DNA from: Lytechinus pictus | Taxonomy: Eukaryota | Reading direction: 5' to 3' | NCBI RefSeq assembly: GCF_037042905.1 | Contig: NC_087249.1 | Coordinates: forward strand, 10,108,001-10,172,000 | DNA length: 64,000 nucleotides | Part shown: piece after piece, positions 1 to 14,600 of the stretch | Layout of the letters: every line of letters starts with the position of its first letter | Numbering within the stretch: the stretch's first letter is position 1 | Position numbers and translations under genes: made by a program | Notes under the pieces: generated by a model | What the model saw: only the letters and a program-made list of their open reading frames with translations | Databases searched by the model: none | Told to the model about the DNA's origin: nothing

Positions 1-879
1 TTTTTTCATCTCATTTCATTTATTTATTTCAAATTCTCATGAAAAACATACAACATACTGACGTGTAAACGTGTATTATTTTAGAAGGGGAGCGTGAATG
101 ACGAATCTTTGGAGAAATTATATGCAGTTCAAATCAAAAGCATTTATTCAAAGTTCGAGTATAGTTGAGTAGATATTACTGAAGAATCAAAATAAAGCAG
201 GCGATGGAAACAAGTATTCAGAAGTATAATAGTTGATATTTAAACTTTAAGTCTTGAAGTCAGTCAGTATATCTGGATGAGTGTGGGTCTAGTAGTCGAT
301 GTCTCTATAATAATCAAGAGGTTTTATTTAAATAATTAGTTTTGGGGTGTAACAATTTAAGGTGGGAGTGATCTAAATTTCTTCTGATTGGTCTAAAGGT
401 AACTGTCTATCAAACTTTCTCTGGTATAAGGGTGTTGTGATACTCTGTTCAGTGACTGGGGCTGGTATTATGAGTCATACTTCTTCTTAGAACTTTAGTT
501 CCTCGAAGTTAGCTGACGTCACTGAGGGTTGGTCTTTTATGGTCAGGGTTTAGGAGTTAAATTGTATTGGGGGTTTTGGAATTCTAAGATGACATTGGGA
601 GAGTTTTTAACAAGTGAAGGTGAATGACTGAAAGGATAACAGGAAGTTAAACTACATACTACATAACAATACAAATCAAAGATAAAGAATACATTGAATA
701 CAAATAAAGATACAAAAATGGAAATACATAAACAAGAGATTAAATGAGAAATTGGTTAGCCAGCATAGGCCTCTGGCCTTTCTAAGGCCGGGCTCCCAAA
801 ACTATGATAATAATCATAATCATAAGAGAGAGAGAATGTACTGTAAACATCTAAGAATGTGGGTGGGTGATGAGGCAAT

Positions 880-1620
880 TACAATTATTTTCAGATTTAT
901 TTATAGGCGCCAATAAGGTATTTTTTCATAGCTGTTTTTGAAAGAGGCAAGATTTGGGCATCATTTTGATTTCTTTAGGTATTTTTTGTCCCATAAAATA
1001 ACTCCGGCAGCATAATTGTACAGATTTTCTAGAAGTTTCATAGTTTAACAAAGGTAAATATAAATCACTAGATTGAATGGACATTTTCAGTCAGTTTAAA
1101 ATATTTTGTGAATATGGGAGGAAGCAACTGGTGCTCAAACATATGCATAAAAGAAGCTATTTGTAAATTGTATAAATGCACAAAATTGTAAGAACTTTAA
1201 ACTTGTAGAATAGTTGTCCAGAAGGCGTTCTTGGATGGGATGCTCGTAATAATGCTCTTTTCTGTACTGAGAACAAAGACTCTATTTAAACATGTTTTAT
1301 AGCACAGCTACCCCAAGCCATCGTGCAGTAAGATAGGCCTAAATGTGGTAAAGTTGTTGCATTATCATGATAAATTAATATATATATAAAATTTGACGTT
1401 GTATAAATGTCTTATTCTAAATATAACACTAATAGCACAAGATATTTTTTGTAGAATTACTTCTACATGAGAAGACAAAGACAGGTTTTCATCAGAACGA
1501 TTCCAAGAAAATTAATTGTACAAACTTGTAATATGTTTTTATCATTCAAGTCATATCACTACATAAGATTATTAAAAAGTTTCTTATTTTTTGTTTTGAA
1601 TATCATATAATTTGTCTTTG
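880..1620 (-). mobile_element. Degraded CR1/L2-like LINE ORF2 3' remnant
   Basis: Broken frames give post-RT motifs such as YCTMAWG and AGVILWD...PNLASFK. Confidence 0.55.
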
Positions 1621-1733
1621 AAGAGTTAATAACCCGAATTTTACAAGGGACCACTCTTCGACCCTATGTATTTCTACATTCAGGATAGAATTTAATTCGA
1701 CAATACTTTTACCCGACAACAGCTTTACCTTAA

Positions 1734-2045
1734 AGGTCAAGTCCACCCCAGAAAAATGTTGATTTGAATAAATAGAGAAAAAATATAGCATAACGCTGAA
1801 AATTTCATCAAAATCGGATGTAATAACTAAGAAAGTTATGACATTTTAAAGTTTCGCTAAAAGTTTTCACAAACAGTGATATGCACAACTCAGTGACATG
1901 CAAATGAGACAGTCGATGATGTCCCTCACTCGCTATTTCTTTTGTGTTTTTTTAATGTTTGAATTATACAATATTCAATTTTTTACAGATTTGACAATGA
2001 GGACCAACTTGACTGAACCATATAGTATTGAAATGTACTAATTCC
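1734..2045. mobile_element. Truncated TTAA-type MITE (AGGTCAAGTCCACCCCAG end)
   Basis: Starts ttaa|AGGTCAAGTCCAC; body gctgaaaatttcatcaaaatcggat is shared with fragments near 32970-33130. Confidence 0.5.
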
Positions 2046-4057
2046 AGGGAGGAATTAATCGTATCACTTAACAGTGAGGGTAAGGTTACCCGGTATATTT
2101 ACTCACTGCATGGACCTAAAAACAAGTCAAAACACATTAAAGCCCTATGCAGTGCAAGGTTTAATAGTGAACCCCAACCAGAAAATAAACATATTTAAAG
2201 TTCTGCCAAGTTATATTTATTTAATTGTGAAGTCATGTGATAAAATATTACGTTCAATAAGTTTGTTTCTCTGGGCTTGTCAAACATTGTAGTGTTGTCT
2301 CAGTGCATTCAACAACTCGGCATGAAGGAGTGCATTTTGTGGTGGAGTTCACTGAATTTTTTAGCACAACTGTGCGTGCTGTACAACATAAATCATGAAA
2401 AAACCTGAAAAAAGGCTGAAATTGGAAGTTATTGGGGCCGTAAATCAGGCAAAAGCCTGAAGACTGGTATCACTGAAAAGAATGGGTGCCGGAAGGGGGG
2501 GGGGTGGGACTGGACAGGGAGAAATACATCTAGAAGTAGGAAAATAACATGACGAAAATCTTGCTTCTAAACTTTAAACCCCTTTTGCTTTCCACCACTA
2601 CTGGACAACCAAAGGTTCCGAAAGCCTAAAGAAAACAAAGGTAGAGAGAGAGATAAGCATGTTTGAGGGATCAAGGAAGTTCCATATGCCTAGTGCATAC
2701 CGCAAGGAAGGTCAGTTTTTAGTTAAAATTGTTTATATCGCCATTTCTAGGTTGTTTTGGAGAATACATTAGTTTTAATGATAAATGAACGTAATAGAGG
2801 AAGAAAATGTGGTAAATAACTATTTTTTTCTTCACCGCAAGCTTCAGTTGACATTTCACATGCAGTATTCTACAATGTTGTATCACTCTGGAGTGAAGGC
2901 TATATAAAGGAAACTTGTGTGTGATTTGTTATTTTATTCAGAACTTCATTCATATGCATAACATTTTGTTACAATGTACTATCAGTAATACAAAAAAAAC
3001 ATAAAAATCATAACAAAATATATACATTAATACATTCAAATTAGTTATAAATAGCATGATTTATATTCATCTGCAGTAATTCAGGTATTTGTAACTTTCA
3101 TAAGACCAAAAATGACATTCTCTTTTCTAAAACAATGTAATGAATGCTTTTTTTAACTTACCACATATTGCAATGAATTTTGTTATAAAATTACAAAAAA
3201 ATTAATCATATATTCAATTTCCTATTTCATGATGTTAATTATTTTGTCTCATTCATTTTATTGTCATATCTTCATGTAAATGTTGATATTTGAGACATTA
3301 AATTACAAGGTGAGACTGTAATGGGTTAACTTTCCAACTTTGGTATCGGCATGGTGTAACCGTCAGTCATAGTCCTGCCCTTTCATTAGGGGTTCCAGGG
3401 TGGGGGGGGGGGGGGTGGGCCAAAGATGTTTCAACGATAAAATTGACATGTACATGTAATTTACTCAGATATATGACTCCTCCTTTTTATTCATGAGGAC
3501 TTTACCTTGTTCTATATGCACATACCTCGTTACGTTGCTACCAAGAAAATAAATGCTCCTGTGCTTTTGACACAAATTTGATTCAACTATTGCCAAATCA
3601 AATTAGCACCCGACATCACACCTATTTCAACTTGCCCGAAATTAACATTTTGTACTTCTTCAGATAAATCCTCTCTCCCGTCTGCATATTGCATATTGAT
3701 CATAAAAGTTTATAGAAAATATAATATTCATTGATAGTTTCATGGCGTTGATCACATATTTTGGCAAGAAAAAAAAATCACATAAGCCACTCTTTCCCAA
3801 ACTCAGCCTCCAAAGAATTTTTTGTGCATTCTATACAACCCCATTATATCATATACATGTACCTTATTACGTTGCTACCAAGAACTAAAACACTCCTATG
3901 CTTTTGATTTATTAAAATCTAAATCAGAAATAGAAAATATATTCATTGATAGTTTCATAGCATTGATCACAAAATTTGGCAAGAAAAACAAATCAGATCA
4001 GCTCCTCTTTCCCAAACTCAGCCTCCCAAGAATTTTGAAAGATCAATTTTTGTTTAA

Positions 4058-4644
4058 AGGAGAATGAAACCTTTGGAATAAGATAGCTTGTGTGAAAATA
4101 GAAAAACCAAAGAAACACATAAACGAAAGTTTGAGAAAAATCAGACAAACAATGAGAAAGTTATGAGCATTTGAATATTGCGATCACTAATGCTATGGAG
4201 ATCCTCACATTGGCAATGCGACAAAGATGTGTGATGTCACTTGTGAACAACTCTCCCCATTACTTTAGTATATATTTCACTTAAACTGCCTCTTTTATCA
4301 CATCTATCAGTAGATCATGTGTTCTTTCTATCAGAGGGCATGTAATACAGATTTTTAAAGAATACATCATGAAAAAAGTGTTTATATCACCATAAGAAAA
4401 AACAAAAAGACACATTTTAGGGGTATTTTACAGTCCATCAAAGGGAAAGTTGTTCACATGTGACATCACACATCCCTGTCGCATTGCCAATGGGAGGATC
4501 TCCATAGCATTAGTGATTGAAATATTCAAATGCTCATAACTTTCTCATTATTTGTCTGATTTTTCTCAAACTTTCTTTGTTCTTATTCTTTGATTTTTCT
4601 GTTCCGACAAAAGCCTACTTGTTCCAAATATTTCATTCCCTTTT
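4058..4644. mobile_element. TTAA-flanked Kolobok-like MITE (AGGAGAATGAAACC family)
   Basis: ttaa|AGGAGAATGAAACC ... TTTCATTCCC..|ttaa with long imperfect TIRs; relatives at 24077, 44999/56657 and 57089. Confidence 0.8.
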
Positions 4645-5387
4645 TTAAAGCTCCATGTAATTTCAAAATAGATGTGTCCATTATCAAAATGTTCACTTAT
4701 TTTTTCCTGAAATAACGAAATAATAATATAACCTTTTATTTACCCAGGCTAGTTACTTCGGTTAAGAAACTGTTCTACCAGCAGACCCTGCATAACATAC
4801 ATGTATGTTCCCTCTCAAATAAACAATAAGCACCAAGCTAGAAGGCAGAAGGTCAAATTTTTAAAAGTCTTTGGTATAACTCAACCAGGGGATTGAACAC
4901 ATGACCTTGAGTTCATGAGGCCGGCACGTAATCACTTGACCAACATGCTCAGTCTTCATCCCCTTCATTTCATTCTACTGAAAGAAATTTGATGTAACAT
5001 TTTCAGGGTGAGGTTCCTACATTAATGATGTCTGACAGACATTGTATACATGTGCAATTAAAGTAAAGTCTGCATTAGTCAAATTTTCATGAATAGAATA
5101 TTAACTTTAATTCAAACATTTATTGCAGGTAACTTTGCCATTCAATGGTAAATCGCATTTAATCCTTGATTTTGATTGGCTGTTGATCATCATTACCATG
5201 GTAGTTACCATTGGATGGCAAAGTTACCATGAGAGTAACTTTTATGCAAAGGGGCACAGATCTTGAAAGACATATCCTATAAGTATTCTTCTCTTCAAAA
5301 TTAAATTTCTCCTGGTCAAAGAGATGCTACTTTTGTAACCGTACTTTACCCTGTGAGTAGAAATAGAAACAACAAATCTTCGCAATC

Positions 5388-5620
5388 CTATCTGTTTTTG
5401 TTAGAATTAATCAACGGTGAATGCTCATCATCATAGTCATCACCATAGTCTGGTATGGCCGCATCTTGGATGCTTCCGGTAACCTGAGAATCGGCGACCC
5501 TCTCTTCTCTCGGTGAGTCTGATGAACCATCGTCATGGAAACACTGACACGGCAGGAAGGACAAGTCGAAGAGGTTGTTGTAGAGCGCAGTCCCGATCAG
5601 AAGAAACATGAATCCATCAA
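5388..5620 (-). CDS. SLC35F6: SLC35F6 exon 12, last coding exon (IDGFMFLLIGTALYN...DEHSPLINSNKNR*)
   Basis: (CT)n polypyrimidine tract with cacag acceptor; TAG stop at 5390-5388. Confidence 0.9.
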
Positions 5621-8600
5621 CTGTGGAGAGAGAGAGAGAGACATGGCAAACGATCATGAATTAACAAATCTACACACCTCTAGATTAAAGATAAAAAATA
5701 CCAGTAGTGGTAACGACCTCAAAATGAGTTCGAAAAGAATTCAATAAAATTACCACCCAAGTGTTTATATGTATAAATAGAAAATATGTGCCAAATGGCT
5801 CAGGAAGAAAATGCGAAATTGCTGAGAAATTAGCAAAATATGCACAGAATTCCATCAAATGTCAGGTATTTTTCCAAGCAATATTAATACACAATCCCAC
5901 ATATGCCATTCTGTGTTATTGATCATCAGAATTATCAGTTTTCAGCCAAGATTTCATGATATCAAAAAGATAAGTTTACACTAATGTACCAGATGTAGAT
6001 CAATGATAACATTGTGACCTTGATTTAAAAGACTCTCATGAAATAATAGCTTGTTGCAATTAGTTTCTTTTACCTTTAATAGTAGAAAAGAAGGACACAT
6101 GGACTTTGATTTTCCCCATCACCCCCCATGTGAAAAGGCTTGTAGGCAATACATTTTTATTGGTTTCAATGAAAAATGTACTTTTAGAGTTAACAGAAGT
6201 TTCAGAAATCGGAAAGATATTATCTTAAATCAATTGTTTGGCATCAAATTTAATTCACACTTTCATCTTTATTTTAACTTTATTTTCATATATTTTTTCT
6301 AGACACCACATGAAAAAAACCCAGCAATTTGTGAAAGTAATGAAAATACTTTGTTATTAACTTGAGGAGCAAAATATATGATCAATTGATCACTTAAAAT
6401 GAAGGCATATCTCAACAACTTATTCAAGCATTCGACAGTACAATACAAACATTGAAAATCTGCATACAACATGCATCGAATGATCATTTTAGACAGTTCG
6501 AAACATACTTACTTTTAAGAATTCCATACGTAACATCAAAAGGTTCGCCAAACGAGGGATCAAATGCATAGTATATAACAAGACCCACTATCCACACAAC
6601 AATGGTCCTACAAGCATCTATTAAGGTTCGGTGGACAGCTGTGTTAAAGAATAAGCAGAACAAATTTATTGTTCAGAAGTTGGCACAACTTTGAGAAGTT
6701 GGGCAATTCCATCCCAGAAAAATTCGCCATTTTCATGACTTTTTCAATCTGCTGGCCAAACAAATTAAGAAAGACAACTTGTATTGGGAAATACAAGTAC
6801 TTGTAGGTAGCCTTGTACAAAAAAGACAAGCAACAAAAACATTTTTGTTTATGAATGAATTAGAGGTGAAAATGTTGCATGTCATATGGGACATCTCTGC
6901 ATCCAGTATGACACGCAACATTTTCTCCTCTGATTTACCCTTAAACAACAAATTTTTGTTGGTTGTCATGTTTTCACAAGTTTACCCACTAGTACTTTAT
7001 AATTACCACAAAACAAAGTTTTATTGTTCGAACATTCAGCCAAGTGACCTGAAACTGTTGTCTAAATTTCCAATATGACACCATGGAATTGCCCAGTTTC
7101 ATAAGAGTAAAAGATGCTAATTCTATGGTAGAGGGGTATATATATATGATTGTTTAAAATATGTAAATTATCAATACAGCATGTTTTATTCGTACAAGAT
7201 GGTATTTAGTATGTGGAAAATAGAGCCTGGTCATCTGAACCCCTCTCACACTCTCACAGCAGTTTGGGGGATGCAGGAAGGATCAGCCCAAACCCCGACC
7301 CCCCACCCCCATCTAGGGCATTTTTAAGCAACTGTTTTGTCCAACACTTAGGAACTGCATGCCCAGATGTAAATGAGTAATGTGTGTTCATCATTTACAT
7401 TGGTGTCAATGTAATTTAACAGCATATTTTCTACAATATCTTTCCACAGAACGATAATTTCTTCCCCAAATTTTGCCTGAACGTGCAACATACAAAGTGT
7501 GTTTCAGAAACAACAATAACTCAAATTTGACTGATGTGTCACTTGCTTTCTTTTGCCAGAGTTGGGCAGTGCATGTTATCATTACCTGTTAGTGATTTTG
7601 TAACAGAAAGTCCAAAGTAGTTGTATCCTGAAATGGAAAGAAGATAAAGTAGACAGAAAGCCAGCAGCCTCGGACTGTTGCCAATTTGAAGCATAGCATC
7701 TATGCTGTCCTCGTAACGACCCGTGTATGCATTCTCATCAGGGATGAAGTATAATATAGGAAGAACAATCTGCAAAGAACAAGATAGAGTTTTTGTGATT
7801 CGATCCGAAAAGTTTGAATTGAACTTGATGCCAAGGCATTGAATGAAGATTATCTTCCCTATTTTTTAATCTTCTGTTTACTTTAAAATACATTTTGCAA
7901 TTCATCGGCTCTCTTGTAAACCTAGAAGCCTATTAAATTTTTTTTTTCAGGAACAGGATTTGTTACAGATAGAGTAAAAAAAATATATGTTCATCATCAT
8001 TGTGCCAATCAATGTCTCAAAAGTCTTGTGCATTACTTTACAAGCAGCTTTGTGAAGCACCCCCTCTCACCACCCTTGCTTGAGTCAATTGCTTCAGCTG
8101 TGAGAACCCAGCACTGACCACACTACAAATCGGACGCATCTGAGAATGAAGCAACAATGGTACGCCAGGCTTCGCGATCTGACATGAGAGTTGGTAAATT
8201 ATGTAACAAATTACTTGTATCCTTACATATGTAATCAACAAAATTTAAAGGTCTCCGTCCTCTCGTTTTGTCGAGAGAGGTGCAACAAACGTACATCAGA
8301 AGTGACTTCCTTTTCACTGCGGAAACAGTGACCAGCAAGTCTCATACTACGTTTAATTACCGTGGTGGAGATATGTGGAAGATCTCCATAAATTTCATTT
8401 TTTGTTTTGTGATCTCTCCAACGAATATTTTGTACCCTCATTAAAAGTCGAGTATATGTGCCATCAAGTCTATCTTTTAAAGGACTTCTTGATTGTCCAT
8501 GTTTCTATATACCATACAAAAGGATACTTTCTACACGTGCCCTAAACAGGAAGAGTTTTATCAACAGAGAAATATTTGATTCCCAAATCAAATGCAGCTT

Positions 8601-11600
8601 ATTCCATGCAATAGCTTAACATGATCTGCATATCCACTTCTTTAAGCTTGGCCCTTTCCCTTGTCAGTATTGGCCCAGCATTTGTAGTAAAGGCCCGGTC
8701 CCACTGCACTTACGGATGCAAAGCGGATGTCAAACGTAAACGAATCTTGCCATCCGTTGGAAAATGCTATGCATCCATTGTGTACTCATTGCATACGTGC
8801 TTAATATGCTCTATATCCATCGAGCATCCGTCCACTGTGATTTCATCGTTCGCCCATTTTGTCCACTGTCTGGAGCGGATGAAAACGGATGGAGCCACCC
8901 CAAAATTTTGCTTATAAATATGTTGTGTCCATCGGCCAGTGGGACCGGGCCTCAAGTTACAACCATCATACAATCCCTGATACTACAGTCACACCAAGGA
9001 AACTGAATCCAAATTGACCGACGATATACCACTGATATTAACGTAATAGCTTTGGTCGGTCTCGAGTTGGATCATTTGGTGTGACCGGACCATAATGGTC
9101 TGTTAAAATGAACACTTACCAATCCCAAGATGAAGAATCCAAATATGCCCTCCATTCCTACCACCTGGAAAATAAACAAAATATTACTTTATTGACATGT
9201 TGTTTGTTTTGTGTTCTTCATCAAACCATCCTTTCATTCTGTCATTCTATCATGCTATTAATTCATGCCTCATTATCTCAACTACTGTTTCCATCTCCGT
9301 TCATAAGCTCACTATCATCATGTTTCCACCCCTGACCAGTTGTGTAAATATTGACCATGCTGTATTACCTCCACATACACAAAAGTTTGAGTGACATCAT
9401 CAAGTTATATTGAAATGAAACCTTAGCCTGCAAGCACAGACTCATATTTGACACTTTCACCAACAGCAGGTCTAGAGTAAAGACTAGACGCCAAAGACTC
9501 TGTCTGTGCTTGGGTAGAGCCAGCCACACGGTACATAGTGAATGTAGTCTCACTACTTCAGACTCTGGATTATGGACTATGCGAATTGCGAAATCAAAGG
9601 GTCTGTGCGTGCAGACTAATGAAACCTATGGCAATAAATTTCATTGGCCCTTAGATCACTTGTGTGCTACATAAACATATCATAAAAATGACCATATGAT
9701 TGTGATTTTTTCTGCATGGTCAGCCCCCCCCCCCCACTTTGAAAACCGTTCCGCGGCCCCTGCACATGACTATACTCTCATGATTGTATCACCATATTTC
9801 ATATTGTGTTAACATAACGTATTTGTTACTATCTACACAATCAATTTTGAAGCAAGACAAACCTTAACTATAATTTTTTATGTGTTATAAGATTAGCCTC
9901 TACTGTGATAAATAAATAATATAAAATAATAAATAGACATCTGTAAGAAATAAAAAAGGCCATTTTGATGAACTTGAAGGAGCACTATATCCTCGTCTGT
10001 CCCCCATAAACCAAATCTCCTTAACCTGAGAAACAACCAAAAAAGACATTTCTTAACATTTTTCTAGAGACACATTTCATACCTGTAGTGGAGGATAAGC
10101 TCTCTTTTTAAGAAAGATTTCTTCAATAATCATCTGAACAGCATTCATCACTTGACCTCCTAATATTAACAAGATTCCTGGAATATAAAATAACAGTAAA
10201 AAAATGTCATGAAACTGGGCTTTATAGCATGCCCCTGCTAAATAAACATAATTAAATAATATAAGATTTTTATAGCGCATGTATTCACCTTGCTAGGTGC
10301 TCAAGGCGCTCCTATATTACCCCGGCTAAGCTAGTCTACCGATTCTGGTGCGCACAGCTTTTTGAGGAATTACTTGCTGTCGGTACCCATTTACCTCACC
10401 TGGGTCGAGTGCAGCACAATGCGGATAAATTTCTTGCTGGAGTAAAACATGCCATGGCTAGGATTCGAACCCACGACCCTCTGTTGGAAAGGCGAGAGTC
10501 AGAACCACTAGATCACGACGAACCCACACTAAAGCGCTAAACATTCTTTGCTTTTAGATGTTAGAGCTACGAGCTCCTAAATCGCATCTTTCTGGAGATG
10601 GTGATGATGAAATTTATAAAGTAGTCCAAAATAGACAGAATCACATCTGATTAAAATATGACTGCAACAGATCATACAATGCATATATGCACACAAATAC
10701 ATACAATACATTTTTCATAATTCAGGTTTACAAACCTCTATCTTTACTAAACTGCAAAAGCCCTATGCTAAAACCATCATATACATACACGTACATACAT
10801 GACTTTCAGATTGGTATTTTCAAACTGCAACATATTTGTTTACACCATGTTTCAAGAACCTTTTTTTATCTTAATTTGCTAACCACTTTAATCAAATACT
10901 GAATACATGCTTCTATTCTACTGTATTTACTTACCTAAGACAGTTTGACCTACTTCTGAAGTTCCTTCCTCTGCAAATATTGTTGACATGCCAACTAACA
11001 CTAGTCCAAACTAAATGAAAAAAAAAACAAAAAAACTAATGATTCAAAATAGGGGATGAAATACATAGAAAATATGTATAGGATTCTGACGAAACAATAT
11101 CATGAATTAAATAAATTTGTTTACAATCTCTCCTCCAGAAGAGAAATATATCACCTAATTATCAAGCTTGCCTTCACCTTTCATGAGAAATGTGATACAT
11201 AGAAAATTACCAATTAGTGCTGGGCCATATTTCAATATCAAAATTATGCAATATTGAAAAAATATTTAATATTCAATAATGGTATTAGGATAACTGCAGT
11301 AACATGATATGAACAAAATATTTTTGGTTATGAAAAGTTAACCACAATTCAATGACCAGAATGATGTTCTGTATTGCTTAACCCCAACTTAGAACTTTGT
11401 ATTAAGTTTGTACCCAAATACCTCCTTTTCTGGCACAAGCTCCGATGAAAGCCTTACTTTCATTTCCCCCTTCCCTACTCTCACAGAATTGCAGCTCATA
11501 ATGAATTTTCAGACTCTCCGATATATCGTGTTATCAGCGATATTTTGCTGGCGATTATTGAGTAACAATGAAATCTAAATATCGGCCAGCACTGTTACCT

Positions 11601-14600
11601 GGTACCCATCAAATAGAAATAAAATTTTACAATAGACATTTCAATTATGTGGCCTTCATTCTGAAGTCCACTTTATTTTTAATAGGCCATTGTCTTACTC
11701 TGCTAAAGTTATGGGAAGCTGAACACTGTTTACCCCATGCTTTAATGGTGAAGAATGTTATTTATTCTTGACAAAAAGTTATGAATAATTCAAGTTTCAA
11801 ATGAGCTGATAAATTGAATAAATCGAACCAGTAGAGTTCAAGATTTGTGTCACAATTTGCTATCCATATTTAAACCATATTCTGTTCTAACAAGTCTATA
11901 TATTCTAACTCTTTATACTCTCTTCATTTTTTTTTTTTTTCTTTTCAGGTTCTGCATTTGTGAACTTGAAACTGGATCAAAGTTCTTGCATTTCAGGGCA
12001 TAATTTTAATTTTTATGATTGAATAGTTCATGTTGCTATGTAAGGGTTTTATGATGTTACATCTTGGCTATACACTTGAATGGATATCTTTTTGTCATAT
12101 TCCTCATTCTTTGGTTCCTTTAAATGAAGGAAAGTTAAATTGCTTTAACTTTCTACTTTTAAGGGGGAGGTATGTCATGTACTTGTGCAATTTTTGTTAG
12201 CGCAAGAGGGCGCTCTGCGTAATAAAAGGAGATCCAAGGTAATCTTATGATTTATTGTCTTTATTTCCCTGTTTTCTTTTATATTGTTGATGGAGTAATT
12301 GTGATATAGTCATATCAGGAAGGGCATTTTCTGAAGCTCCCCCCTGATATGACATAATTAAATCAAACCAGAATTCAGAATAAAGGCCTACGTATCTTTC
12401 TGCTGTCCTTTATAGCACTAAGTATAGAATGCTACACATTTACCCTGCCAAGATAGAATATTGTATTTAAACAAAATGGTGCAATTTCTTACTTCTTTTT
12501 CTTAAATTTGTTTGTACTGATAACATACCCTTTTTATATCCGAATCTAACTTGGAGGGAGTTACTCTGCTCATAAATCACTCTTTCCTCTCCAATACTCA
12601 CCACTGTAACACTCATTCCTGTCCAGTGAAACCACTTTAGCTGTCTTTTCAAGAAGATTTTCTGAAAGTTGAGAACAAAATTATGGATTATTGCAAACAA
12701 AAGAATAGAGATGGAATTACTATTTAACCCTTGAACCCCCAACATGAATCACTGACTATTAAAGGCTAATTTAAAGTTCTAAAAAAGCTAAGGAACATCA
12801 TTGTGTAAAGAGTCGATGGGATATAATTGTTATGATGTGAATTCATAATTAACATAGAATTAAATGCAGAGACACAGAAATCATGGGTGCAGTTGCAATG
12901 AAATTTAATGTAACTCTCCCAGAATATACTGCGTAGCTTACATGTTGGTACAAGCCTCTTCGCAGATGTTGATTTATATTGCTTAGCTTAGATCAGGGAT
13001 TCTCAAATGGTGGCGCACCGAGCCTTGCAGAGTGGCGCTTGGGAGCCGGTATAAAAAATAAATAAGATATGGAAAAATGGGGGTGCAAAAAATGTATCTA
13101 CCAATAGGCCTAACCTGGAAATGAGGATTTGGTGATCATTTTATTACGAAAACAAACGGTTTCTGTGCCACACAAGTGATTTGAAAGCCCCGGTCATAGG
13201 ATTGCTATTTCTACGGCGAGTAATTTTGCATTTCCAGAGTATATGTTTTGGTTTAGCTTTAAACATAAAATAATATGATATTCAAAGAAAATAGATAATG
13301 AATTTGAGACATATCAACAAGCATAAACTTTATTTCCGAAGCCGATTAAAATCAAAAGTTGTAAAAGTGAAATATGCTCCGATGTATTGTCTCTACCGTG
13401 ATTGCCTGCATGCACTCTTGCTTAATATGAACTGAATGAAAGATACTGCACGTGAGTTGTAGAGAGGGGGGCAGTTTGGGGCGTTAGTGCAGTGCAACGC
13501 CTGATTTTTCAGCCCTTGCAAAATTAGGGAAATTATGGCATACAGATGGGGGTGGGGCTTGGGGGCTTCGCAAATGTTTCACAGCCGAGAAAAAAAGGAG
13601 AAAAAAGAAAATAAGGAAAGGGTAAGAGTGGAACGCTGTTTGATTTTCTACAGATTTCATACATTTTCATTTTCATACAGATGGGGGTGGGGCTTGGGGG
13701 CTTCGCAAATGTTTCACAGCCAAGAAAAAAAGGAGAAAAAGAAAATAAGGAAAGGGTAAGAGTGGAACGCTGTTTGATTTTCTTAATATTATGTCAAAAT
13801 CTATCCAAAATATAGGTTTTGATATTGAAAAGCTCAACATTTTTTATCGCTCGCTGCGCTCGCTCGCATATTTTAAGAAATTTTGCTCCAGCCGCCATAT
13901 CTGGCCCCCTCAATTTTTTACTCATTACGCCACTTGCTTCAGCCACTAGATCTGGTGCAGAACAGTCTGAACTAGTGGTATCACTCACTGTAAAAAGTAT
14001 CTGTATTTTTACAACAAATGCTGTCAGCAGAGTTTCCATGATTGTGTGCAAAATTACAGAAGTGTTGTTTATTTTTTTCCTAGAAATATTCAAGAGAGAG
14101 AAACAATATACATTGGTCAGGACTAACACATTTCATCTGTTTTAACTATTGGCCTATTCTATAAAAACTCTGATTTTGTTATTTTTTCTTTCTTATTCAT
14201 GGAAAAATTAACATCAATACAGTAAAAAGAAAATACACACATTTTATGGCGACTCTGCTGACATCAATTTTGCTGTAAGAATACAGATTTCTTTTGTCTA
14301 CAATGCTGGTAGGCCAATATTGTGAAAACGTCACAAATCATTTTTCTTTTAATCAATTGTGTAGATTGTTGGCATTTGTATTTCTTCTATTGATATCAAT
14401 TAGAGCCCATATTCCAAAGCTTCGGGGGCTCTGCCCCCTGGACCCCTTCCGCAATATTTCGCTTGTTTGCGTAATGGATAGTGGAGCATTATAGATTCTC
14501 AACAAGAAATGTGGAGCTTCAAAGAAAGTAATTGAGAATGGCTGGCTTAGATATATCTGAATGAGGCCTTAGTCCTAAAAGGGGAGCAAACTGTTTGTCG

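Noticed and set aside
1..640. Possible additional LINE remnant at the window start
   Set aside because: The minus frames I read are interrupted and no diagnostic motif could be recognised with confidence
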